Origin: Vibrio alginolyticus NBRC 15630 = ATCC 17749
Lineage (GTDB): Bacteria > Pseudomonadota > Gammaproteobacteria > Enterobacterales > Vibrionaceae
Direction: 5' to 3'
Length of the DNA stretch: 32,000 nt
Assembly (NCBI RefSeq): GCF_000354175.2
Contig: NC_022359.1
Coordinates: 90,001 to 122,000 of the forward strand
In this document: positions 1 through 7,485 of the stretch, piece after piece
Position numbering within the stretch: the stretch's first letter is position 1
Layout of the letters: every line of letters begins with the position of its first letter
Position numbers and translations under genes: made by a program
The notes under the pieces: generated by a model
What the model was told of the DNA's origin: nothing
Database searches by the model: none
Seen by the model: only the letters and a program-made list of their open reading frames with translations

Positions 1-560
1 TCTAAGTTTGCTCCAGAAATACTCTGCTCAATGATACTCAGTTTACTATCAAAGAATCGCTTTCTCGCTTCAAAGATCTTGTTTTGAACCAGTTGTGCTT
101 CTTGTACGATATCGACACGGGGAATGCTTTCAAGATCATCAGACCATACAATCGTTGGAAGCTCATCAAGCTCCGCACTTAAACGGTTTTCCTTTGCTAG
201 AGTATGGATAAAACGACCACTTAACGAATCCAACTTAGCCATAGCTTGACGCTTAGAAAGTTGAATTAATAACTGACCTTTTTCGACTAAATCCCCTTCC
301 TGTACATATAGCTTTTCAATAATACCGCCTTCTAAATGCTGAATTTCTTGTCGCTTAGTGAGAACAGACAAATCACCATAAGCAATCGCTGCACTTTCTA
401 ATTTGGCTGTTGCAGCCCAGTAGCCAAGGCCTCCAAGAAAAACACTTAAGGTCACCACACCAAGTAAAATTGGTTTTCGAAAGCTTAGTCTCGCTTTGGG
501 GCTAAAACGGTATACGATCTCGGTAGAACTCTGATTAACGGTTGGCAGTTGATTGCTCAT
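1..560 (-). CDS. HlyD-family type I secretion periplasmic adaptor (membrane fusion protein), 5' part only; the gene continues past the left edge. CabC/MfpC-like by position.
   Basis: Absent from the ORF track because the window edge truncates it. My translation of the minus strand from ATG 560..558 gives MSNQLPTVNQSSTEIVYRFSPKARLSFRKPILLGVVTLSVFLGGLGYWAATAKLESAAIAYGDLSVLTKRQEIQHLEGGIIEKLYVQEGDLVEKGQLLIQLSKRQ..., open to base 1. It has one N-terminal TM helix followed by the GGII..L.V.EGD.V.KGQ.L lipoyl-like motif typical of HlyD/PrtE adaptors. The start overlaps the stop of the ABC gene by 26 nt. Confidence 0.85.
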   Translation of the reverse strand, partial: MSNQLPTVNQSSTEIVYRFSPKARLSFRKPILLGVVTLSVFLGGLGYWAATAKLESAAIAYGDLSVLTKRQEIQHLEGGIIEKLYVQEGDLVEKGQLLIQLSKRQAMAKLDSLSGRFIHTLAKENRLSAELDELPTIVWSDDLESIPRVDIVQEAQLVQNKIFEARKRFFDSKLSIIEQSISGANL

Positions 561-2253
561 TTCTTACCCTTGGGATATCTGTTCTGTCTTCGCCCATCAA
601 ACGTTTTAATACTTCATCTTTAGCGCCGTATAACTTGACTCGGCCGTCAGCCAAATACAACAGCCTATCCATTTGTCGTAACGTACTCGGATTGTGGGCA
701 ATGACGATAATCGTTGTACTCTGTGCTTTTAAATGGGCAATCAAACGTTGATACGCAGCCTCTCCCTCACCATCGAGGTTGGCATTCGCTTCATCGAAAA
801 TCACAATAGATGGGTCGCCATAAACGGCTCTTGCAAGAGCGATTCTCTGCCTTTCCCCCCCAGATAAACCACGGCCATTTTCACCAATAATGCAATCATA
901 GCCTTTGTTTTTCTTGAGTATTAATTCATGACATCCTGCTAGTTGAGCCGCCTTGATGACTTTAGCGGGGTCTTCTTCTTTAAAGCGCGCGATGTTCTCT
1001 CGAATTGTGCCAGGAAATAACTCCACCTCTTGAGCGAGATACCCAAAATGCACGCCGCGATCTTCAGATGCCCATACGGAGACTTCCATTCCATCAAGAG
1101 TCACTTTACCCGCTAATGGCTTAACCGTACCTAATAACAGCCGAGCAAACGTCGATTTACCCGTACCAGAAGGGCCAATCACCCCAACAGCAACACCCGG
1201 AGGAATCGATAAGCTGATCGATGAGAGCACTGGTTCGGTTGCTCCAGGATGGCGATAGGCCAGTCCGGTAAGCTCATAGTGTCCTTTTGGTTTAGGCAGT
1301 GGCATATCTGATTCATCTTGGCGCACGATCGCATCGATTTCTTTCAACCTTTTATAGGCGCCTTTAGCAGACATCGCGCTTCGCCACGTGCCTATCGCCT
1401 GCTCCATCGGCGATAATGCCCGACTCATTAATATGGAGCTCGCGATCATCGCCCCTGCCGTTATCTCATGTTGGATAACTAACCATGCACCACCTCCCAG
1501 TAAAAATATCTGTAATGAGCCACGCACAAACTTAGAAAAGTTAGCCATGTAGATAGACTTACCTGCAACTCGCTCTTCAAGCACATTCACTTCGCTCACG
1601 CGCGACTGCCACTTCTCTAAAAATGCATTCATCATCCCCATTGCGAGAATTGAATTGGAGTTTTGCGTGGCTAATTCTGCGTTGTTGATATGAGAAATCG
1701 CTCTGACTTCGCTCTCTTGCATTGTTTTACGCGTCATTAGCTCATTAAGTAGACCTAGGCTAAACAATACGATAGATCCAAGTAACGCGATGTGACCTAG
1801 TATCGGGTGCAATAAATACACAAATAAAATAAATAGCGGTGTCCAGGGCGCATCCAACAGTGGATAAGGTGCTTGACTGCTCAAAAAGCTTTTGATGTTC
1901 TGAATGTCTCTCAGAGTTTGCGAGGTATAACTCTTCCCAGTATGTGATTGATATTGAATCGTGCGCTTGAGCATGAAAGCGGAGAGTTTTGTGTCCATCC
2001 AATAACCAAAAGATTTACTCATTTGTGCTCGTGCAATGTCGATGATGGACATGGTTAACAGCGCAACAATTACGATGACAGTGAGCAAGAATAAAGTATC
2101 GGTTGAGTAGGAAGATATCACTCGGTTGTACACTTGAAGCATGTACAACGGAATCGAGAGAACCAATAAGTTGATAAAAAGGCTAAAAACGATCAGCAAG
2201 CCCGCAAGCGTGCATAGTTTTTGTTTCACTTCTTTGAAAACCGTTTTTTGCAC
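535..2253 (-). CDS. Type I secretion system ABC exporter, fused permease/ATPase of the PrtD/AprD class
   Basis: 572-aa ORF with an N-terminal multi-TM exporter domain. Walker A is GPSGTGKST, the ABC signature is LSGGERQR and Walker B is IVIFDEA. There is no N-terminal C39 peptidase domain, as in exporters of RTX substrates with C-terminal signals. Confidence 0.93.
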   Translation of the reverse strand: MQKTVFKEVKQKLCTLAGLLIVFSLFINLLVLSIPLYMLQVYNRVISSYSTDTLFLLTVIVIVALLTMSIIDIARAQMSKSFGYWMDTKLSAFMLKRTIQYQSHTGKSYTSQTLRDIQNIKSFLSSQAPYPLLDAPWTPLFILFVYLLHPILGHIALLGSIVLFSLGLLNELMTRKTMQESEVRAISHINNAELATQNSNSILAMGMMNAFLEKWQSRVSEVNVLEERVAGKSIYMANFSKFVRGSLQIFLLGGGAWLVIQHEITAGAMIASSILMSRALSPMEQAIGTWRSAMSAKGAYKRLKEIDAIVRQDESDMPLPKPKGHYELTGLAYRHPGATEPVLSSISLSIPPGVAVGVIGPSGTGKSTFARLLLGTVKPLAGKVTLDGMEVSVWASEDRGVHFGYLAQEVELFPGTIRENIARFKEEDPAKVIKAAQLAGCHELILKKNKGYDCIIGENGRGLSGGERQRIALARAVYGDPSIVIFDEANANLDGEGEAAYQRLIAHLKAQSTTIIVIAHNPSTLRQMDRLLYLADGRVKLYGAKDEVLKRLMGEDRTDIPRVRNEQSTANR

Positions 2254-2280
2254 GACTACTTCCGTTTAACGTGAAAATTG

Positions 2281-2305
2281 TAGGCGCCAGAAATACTAGC
2301 GCCTA
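2281..2305 (-). terminator. Possible intra-operon hairpin (attenuator) between the RTX gene and the ABC exporter gene
   Basis: Inverted repeat taggcgc (2281-2287) / gcgccta (2299-2305) with an 11-nt loop. On the minus strand it is followed by CAATTTTC. The stem is short, the loop long and the T-tail weak. Confidence 0.3.
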
Positions 2306-2405
2306 GCTTAAGGTAACCTCAAATCGCTCTAGAGTGTCCGATTAGTGCACCTCAGCATGGCAGAGCCACGCAAACTAATTCCCATCCAGAGTTATTTTCA
2401 GTCGT

Positions 2406-2996
2406 TTAGATTACGAACAGATCTGCACCATAGGTGTTGATGTCAGTTTCAGTCACGCCAATAAGTTTCACTGTTAGATCAGCCCCATCGGTAAACACTG
2501 CATTCCCAACTGCATCGTAGCTAAAGCTTAAATCACCAAAGTCAGTGACAGAGTCGCTAATGATGTGCAAAGAGTCTTCACCAATGGTGAAATCAACAAC
2601 TTTGGCTTCGCCATGGCCACCAAACTTATCCGTGAACACAAACTTATCGCCATTGCTGCCGCCAACTAAAACGTTGTCACCAGAACCAGCAACAAGAATA
2701 TCTTCACCGACACCACCATTTAATTTATTGTCACCCAACAAACCCAACAGCAAGTCATTACCGGTACCACCGCCGAGGTAGTCGTTTCCTGTACCAGCCC
2801 TAAGGATGTCATCTCCAGCACCACCAGTTAGGCGATCGTCGCCGTCGCCGCCGATCACATAATCATTACCGCCACCGCCAACAAACGAGTCATTACCACC
2901 AAAACCGATAAACAAATCATCGCCGCCATCGAAATCAGCAAATTGGTTATTTACACCTGCATCGCCTAAATACGTGTCATTGTCACTTGCGCTCAT
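2406..2996 (-). CDS. Small secreted RTX-type calcium-binding repeat protein, the likely T1SS substrate (CabA/MfpA-like matrix protein)
   Basis: 196-aa ORF with about nine tandem GGxGxDxUx nonapeptides (GGNDSFVGG, GGNDYVIGG, GDDRLTGG, GDDILRAG, GNDYLGGG, GNDLLLG and others). It has no N-terminal signal peptide and ends DLFVI. RBS AAGAGGGA lies upstream of the ATG. The gene sits directly upstream of the ABC and adaptor genes. Confidence 0.85.
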   Translation of the reverse strand: MSASDNDTYLGDAGVNNQFADFDGGDDLFIGFGGNDSFVGGGGNDYVIGGDGDDRLTGGAGDDILRAGTGNDYLGGGTGNDLLLGLLGDNKLNGGVGEDILVAGSGDNVLVGGSNGDKFVFTDKFGGHGEAKVVDFTIGEDSLHIISDSVTDFGDLSFSYDAVGNAVFTDGADLTVKLIGVTETDINTYGADLFVI

Positions 2997-3202
2997 TTTT
3001 ATTCCCTCTTAGCTTATTAATTGAATAGACCTTCTGTTCCACGTCTGACTAGATTCGTCACGACATGAGAAGTCTAATAGTCAACTGAATAGGAATAAGT
3101 TTGAATATGGGATGATATTTCAGACTGACATTTTAATAATAAATATAAAATTTAGTACTTTATAGAGTATTTTCTTTTTATTACAGCAAGTTAATACTAG
3201 TA

Positions 3203-3859
3203 CTACAGGTTTCTCTTAGCCCAACTTGTAGCTTGCGTACGGTTCTTTACTTCTAACTTTCTAAAAATATTGTATAGATGTGATTTAATAGTATGCTCGC
3301 TGATAAATAAAGAATCAGCGATTTCCATATTTGAACCACCTTCTTTCAACATTTTTAAAACCTGAACTTCACGCCGAGTAAGCTCAACCTCAATAGCAGG
3401 TTCGATAATGCTATTTACTTCTCTGCCTCGATAATAATTTACTAGCTGATCAAGTAATCTTCGAGACAGCCAATTATCCCCTTTTATTATTGCTTTTAAT
3501 CCCTGACAAACCTTGTCCATTGAATCTCCTGGACCAAATATACCTTTTACATGAGGCCAAGAAGCGAGTTCTTCTGTGTCTAAGTCATAACCTAGATTAA
3601 GCATTATGGTTCCTAGCACTTTATTACTATCTTTTAAATAAACTAAAGTTTCGGAAGGAATCTCAACTGAAAAATCAACAAGCAAAAAGTAGCGTTCCGG
3701 AATGAGTTCATGATAGCTAGGGTTTTTAGTATCAATGATCGTTATTTTAGTTTCTGTATTTTTAGAAAGCATTTCCTTAAAGTTTTCACTCTGTAAACTT
3801 TGTTGAGTGAGCATTAGGATTTCAGGCTTTTCCATATACTGTTCCATAATGTTTCTCAT
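3203..3859 (-). CDS. LuxR/CsgD-family transcriptional regulator of the VpsT/CpsQ/BrpT type
   Basis: 218-aa ORF. The C-terminal LuxR HTH reads LTRREVQVLKMLKEGGSNMEIADSLFISEHTIKSHLYNIFRKLEVKNR. The N-terminal part is a receiver-like domain. A W-L-S-R motif (aa 130-133, nt 3461-3472) matches the VpsT c-di-GMP-binding motif W[FLM][TS]R. The true start may be the ATG at 3847 (MEQY...). Confidence 0.85.
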   Translation of the reverse strand: MRNIMEQYMEKPEILMLTQQSLQSENFKEMLSKNTETKITIIDTKNPSYHELIPERYFLLVDFSVEIPSETLVYLKDSNKVLGTIMLNLGYDLDTEELASWPHVKGIFGPGDSMDKVCQGLKAIIKGDNWLSRRLLDQLVNYYRGREVNSIIEPAIEVELTRREVQVLKMLKEGGSNMEIADSLFISEHTIKSHLYNIFRKLEVKNRTQATSWAKRNL

Positions 3860-3901
3860 ACTTTCAGTGACTTAACATTCTTAAATTAGTAGTTAATCGT
3901 C

Positions 3902-3927
3902 AGCACTTAGTTTGATATGTAAGTGCT
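3902..3927 (-). promoter_or_regulatory. 8-bp inverted repeat with a 10-bp spacer upstream of the first LuxR regulator; candidate operator or 5'-leader hairpin
   Basis: agcactta (3902-3909) and taagtgct (3920-3927) are exact reverse complements. The element lies 43-68 nt upstream of the start codon at 3859. Confidence 0.25.
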
Positions 3928-3995
3928 AGTTCACAGAGTAAAGTTATTTGCTACTTTTTTAAATTCTAAAGTTATTAAAAAGAGAATCAAAAAAA

Positions 3996-4021
3996 GTGTT
4001 TCTCATAAAAGAAACACTTTT
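3996..4021 (-). terminator. Rho-independent terminator downstream of the second LuxR regulator gene
   Basis: Stem gtgtttc (3996-4002) / gaaacac (4011-4017) with an 8-nt loop. It is flanked by an A-run and a T-run; on the minus strand the hairpin is followed by TTTTT. It lies 67 nt after the stop at 4088 and separates the two regulator genes into different transcripts. Confidence 0.6.
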
Positions 4022-4087
4022 AACACATTAAGGTCACAGAAATTATTAAGAGTTTACTAAATTAGGCAACCTAATATTGCAATAGCA

Positions 4088-4693
4088 TTACACCGTTAAC
4101 GAGTTGTCTGAAATATTTTCCTTTGCCCAAATAAGTGCTTGAACTCTATTTTTCACATCAATCTTCTTGAAAATATTATGTAAATGCGTTTTTACCGTAT
4201 TCTCGCTGACAAATAATTGTTCGGCGATTTGTTGATTGGACGCCCCCATGGAAAGAAAGGTAATTATTTGTTGCTCTCGTTTGGTCAGAATAGCGGAAAC
4301 ATTCTTATTTATAGGTTTGCAATGTCGACGAAGGTAAGTAATGTACTGCTGAGAAAACTTACGGCTGAACCACATATCTCCTTGAAGCACCTTACCAATA
4401 CCAACTTGCAACGTTTTTATATCATCAGAGGTATAGAAAATACCGGCCAAAGTACGCCAAGCAAAGAGATCTTCTGTCGATATGGATTGCTCACAATTAA
4501 TTAAGATTTCAAGCGTGTCTTTCTGCTTGGCCGCTTTAAACTCCGCATAACGGCGAAAAATTTCATCCGTGATCACGCTGCAATCAACAATAATGGCTGA
4601 TGCAAGAGATTCATGTAACACTCCGTGAATCAGATTATCTGGCGTGATTAGAGCAACACTAATACCGAGTTTGGTCTCCAATACATCTTTCAA
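4088..4693 (-). CDS. Second LuxR/CsgD-family regulator of the VpsT/CpsS type; the 5' end is probably disrupted or mis-started (see findings)
   Basis: 201-aa ORF starting at TTG. The LuxR HTH reads LTKREQQIITFLSMGASNQQIAEQLFVSENTVKTHLHNIFKKIDVKNR. A W-F-S-R motif lies at aa 108-111 (nt 4361-4372). The frame stays open upstream to 4785 without a canonical start codon. An ATG at 4755 lies in another frame across a T8/A8 run (4738-4745). Confidence 0.8.
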   Translation of the reverse strand: MKDVLETKLGISVALITPDNLIHGVLHESLASAIIVDCSVITDEIFRRYAEFKAAKQKDTLEILINCEQSISTEDLFAWRTLAGIFYTSDDIKTLQVGIGKVLQGDMWFSRKFSQQYITYLRRHCKPINKNVSAILTKREQQIITFLSMGASNQQIAEQLFVSENTVKTHLHNIFKKIDVKNRVQALIWAKENISDNSLTV

Positions 4694-4921
4694 CAGAGAT
4701 GACTGTAGACTTCCCTCCGTGATTAAAATAACGTTTCTTTTTTTTGCTGCTCCATCCTGATCGCATTCCCTTGGTCGTTTTTATTGAAATACGCAATAGA
4801 TTTAGATAGAGCGGTAGTATTGTCAAGTATGAAAATCACTAGTACTAATTAATAACTCATTGAAGTGTCAATAATTTTTAAGTGGCAAGTATATGAGAGG
4901 TATTAGCATTTTTCAGACATT

Positions 4922-4948
4922 AAAAAAGGGAGTATAAACTCCCTTTTT
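4922..4948 (-). terminator. Bidirectional-looking rho-independent terminator ending the MCP/small-ORF transcript
   Basis: aaaaaagggag-tataaa-ctcccttttt. The GGGAG/CTCCC stem is extended by A:T pairs and T-runs follow the hairpin on both strands. It lies 54 nt downstream of the stop at 5002. Confidence 0.75.
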
Positions 4949-5001
4949 GTGTTTGAGCAGGTGATTTAATCACGCACGTTAGAGGCAAAACACCACCTAA
5001 C

Positions 5002-5202
5002 TTAGTGGATTGGAACTGCGTTTTTTTGGTTAAACTTACCAAAGTGTTGTTCTAACACTTCTGGCGTCAGCTTACCTTCCGCTTCCAGCTTTTTCAGCTC
5101 AGCGACGATCGCTTTTTGCTCTTCTAGCGACGGCAGTTTTACTTCTGGCTCCTGAGCGGTTTCTTGAGAAATTTGCTCTAGTTCTTTTTCGAAGTCATTC
5201 AT
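5002..5202 (-). CDS. Small acidic hypothetical protein (66 aa)
   Basis: The ORF lies 56 nt downstream of the MCP gene on the same strand and is followed by a good terminator. The sequence is rich in E, K and L and predicted helical. I recognise no family. Confidence 0.5.
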   Translation of the reverse strand: MNDFEKELEQISQETAQEPEVKLPSLEEQKAIVAELKKLEAEGKLTPEVLEQHFGKFNQKNAVPIH

Positions 5203-5258
5203 AGTACTTACCTAAAATTAATGATTGAACTTTTAAACTTCGCCTATTCTATCCAACT

Positions 5259-7175
5259 CTATAACTTGAAGCTACCAACCATCTTGTCCAAACGAGAAGA
5301 GAGCGCTTGAAGATCGCGACTTGCATCCGCCAACTCTTCTGCTGTCGCGGTTGTCATTTCATTTATCGCGTTGATTTCTTCGATATTTTGATTAATGGTA
5401 TGCACCACCGTGGATTGCTCTTCCGTCGCCGTTGCAACCTGTGTATTACGATCAGAGATGTCGGTGATTCGTTCAGAAATACTGATTAATACCTCGACTG
5501 CTTCATCGGTAGAAGTAACCCCTTCTATGGTGACCGCTTTGCCCGCTTCCATAGCACTTACCGCGTCTTGTGCGTCACTTTGAAGCTGATTGATCATGCG
5601 CTGAATCTCTTCTGTAGAATCAGCCGTGCGTGAAGCTAGGTTTCTTACCTCATCAGCAACAACCGCAAAACCACGTCCCTGCTCACCAGCACGAGCAGCC
5701 TCAATTGCAGCGTTTAGCGCAAGTAAATTCGTTTGCTCAGAGATGTCACGAATTACACCCAGAATCGAGCCAATATCTTTGGTTGTCGATGCCAACTGCG
5801 TAACAACAATATTGGTTGTTTCAACATCATCGGCTAGGCGGCTGATCACCTCTTTTGCTTTCATCACAACTTCTCGACCAGTTTGAGTGTTATCTGAAGC
5901 CTGATTTGCCGTATCAGCAGCGGTAGCAGCGTTCGATGCAATTTCACTGATGGTCGCACCCATTTGGTTGATAGCTGCAACTACTTGAATGGTTTGATCA
6001 CGCTGCTCTTGGCTGTTGTCGTGTGTGGATGTTGCTTTCGTTGACACACTTTCTGCCGCTTGACTTAATGAGCCACTGGTTAAAGCAACCTCTTTCATCG
6101 TGGCATGAATCTTCTCAATAAATCCATTAAAGCCTTTTGAAAGCTGAGCAATTTCATCATTACCCTTAATTTCAATACGCTGCGCCAAATCGCCTTCACC
6201 TTGCCCAAGGTCGGTAAAACGATCGGCAATCAGTCGGATTGGTTTCGTAATGCTGTTTGCTAACCATACGCCCATGAGGATGAATACAACGGCAACAATG
6301 ATGGTCGTAAACAGCATTTTTTTAGCTGTCGCATTCAGGTCAGCGAATACTTCATCAACGGGAACCACGCCAATAACAAACCAGTTCATTGAAGGAACAT
6401 ACAAACTAGAAACAAAAGTATCCTGCCCTTCAAACTCCACATTAATTAGGTTGAAGCTATTTTTGTTCAACAGCGCACTTGCGTCACTACCAAATAGTTT
6501 AGTGATAGAAGTTTGGTTCTTACCTTGTTGGCGGTGTATTTGAATCTGGCCTTGTTCATTAGTGAGGAACACGTAACCCGTATCTTCAATTTTAAACCCA
6601 TTGAGCAAAGCAACCATATCTCCCATAGATTTAGAGAGACCTGACATTGATGTACCATTAAGATCTTGGAAATTGGCAAACATTTTCACTTCGCCATTTG
6701 CCTCTTGGAACACACTCACGGACGTTTCTTGACCAGACGACGTAAATCCAAAGAACCAAGCATCTTGCGTTCGGTTAAGTTGACGTAAGAATCCGTTTTG
6801 ATTCCAGTAATATGCCGTTTGACGATTCGCTACCGACGCATCATTAAGACCATACTGTGATTTAACGTTATTGAGCTGCTGAACCAACTGAACTTCTACT
6901 GACGGATCACGGTCTGTATTAGATAGGGCTTCAACAATAAATTCGTTTGTAGCCAGCTGTTTTGCCGCTTGTTGCATTTCGACAACTTCGCGGTCAATTT
7001 CGGTATTGATTTGCTGCAACATCGCAGGTAGCTCGATGTCAATAAGACGATGGCTCAATACATCTCTCGCATGACGCTGAGCCATAACACCAACAATGAT
7101 TGTTGATGCTAGAACAGCAAACGTAATGCCAAGTACAACCTTCTGTTTGATGCTCAAGGAATGAAGTTTCAACAT
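5259..7175 (-). CDS. Methyl-accepting chemotaxis protein with a dCache-type periplasmic sensor
   Basis: The layout is TM1, a periplasmic domain of about 260 aa, TM2 ([23 protein letters not shown]), a HAMP domain and an MA signalling domain. The conserved hairpin tip reads [35 protein letters not shown]. The track ORF starts at GTG 7199. I prefer ATG 7175 ([12 protein letters not shown]...), which is preceded by AAAGG. Confidence 0.92.
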   Translation of the reverse strand: MLKLHSLSIKQKVVLGITFAVLASTIIVGVMAQRHARDVLSHRLIDIELPAMLQQINTEIDREVVEMQQAAKQLATNEFIVEALSNTDRDPSVEVQLVQQLNNVKSQYGLNDASVANRQTAYYWNQNGFLRQLNRTQDAWFFGFTSSGQETSVSVFQEANGEVKMFANFQDLNGTSMSGLSKSMGDMVALLNGFKIEDTGYVFLTNEQGQIQIHRQQGKNQTSITKLFGSDASALLNKNSFNLINVEFEGQDTFVSSLYVPSMNWFVIGVVPVDEVFADLNATAKKMLFTTIIVAVVFILMGVWLANSITKPIRLIADRFTDLGQGEGDLAQRIEIKGNDEIAQLSKGFNGFIEKIHATMKEVALTSGSLSQAAESVSTKATSTHDNSQEQRDQTIQVVAAINQMGATISEIASNAATAADTANQASDNTQTGREVVMKAKEVISRLADDVETTNIVVTQLASTTKDIGSILGVIRDISEQTNLLALNAAIEAARAGEQGRGFAVVADEVRNLASRTADSTEEIQRMINQLQSDAQDAVSAMEAGKAVTIEGVTSTDEAVEVLISISERITDISDRNTQVATATEEQSTVVHTINQNIEEINAINEMTTATAEELADASRDLQALSSRLDKMVGSFKL

Positions 7176-7485
7176 ATTCGGACCTTTTAAAAGAATCACT
7201 TGTTATTGGCCCCACAAGGGGAATCAGGTGCATATCTCATGACACGCACACCACGGAATCTTTATCGGCTCATATGTACAAAACTAGAGGCATTTCTCAT
7301 TATATTATGAAAAATAAATGTAACACACTGTCAAATAAGCACTTTCAGAGATAGCACGTACTTGCAATTCTCTGTAGCGTCCCAATATTGAAAAGATAAA
7401 TTGCAATAGAGCGTTGGAACTTTTTTCACATGGAAAATGACCAATACTCAACACGAAAATCATATGGATACCGAGAGTCCAAAGC

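Noticed and set aside
542-2781. Short ORFs overlapping the T1SS and RTX genes (542..751 +, 1760..2002 -, 2545..2781 +).
   Set aside because: They are shadow ORFs within well-supported genes. The Pro/Ser-rich 78-aa product is simply the antisense reading of the Gly/Asp repeat codons.
2406-2996. The RTX protein as a pore-forming RTX cytolysin or toxin.
   Set aside because: It is only 196 aa and has no hydrophobic pore-forming region. There is no adjacent acyltransferase (hlyC/rtxC-type) gene. The architecture instead fits small calcium-binding matrix proteins.
5307-7233. Several 60-97-aa ORFs on both strands inside the first MCP gene (5307..5489, 5395..5583, 5626..5886, 6250..6543, 6467..6679, 7039..7233).
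   Set aside because: All are nested in a strongly supported 1.9-kb gene. Their compositions are typical of off-frame translation, and none has an RBS or a recognisable domain.
7420-7440. A sigma-54-like promoter (TGGAAC-N5-TTCAC) upstream of moxR.
   Set aside because: It is a poor match to TGGCAC-N5-TTGC at the critical GC positions, and no enhancer-binding protein gene is nearby.
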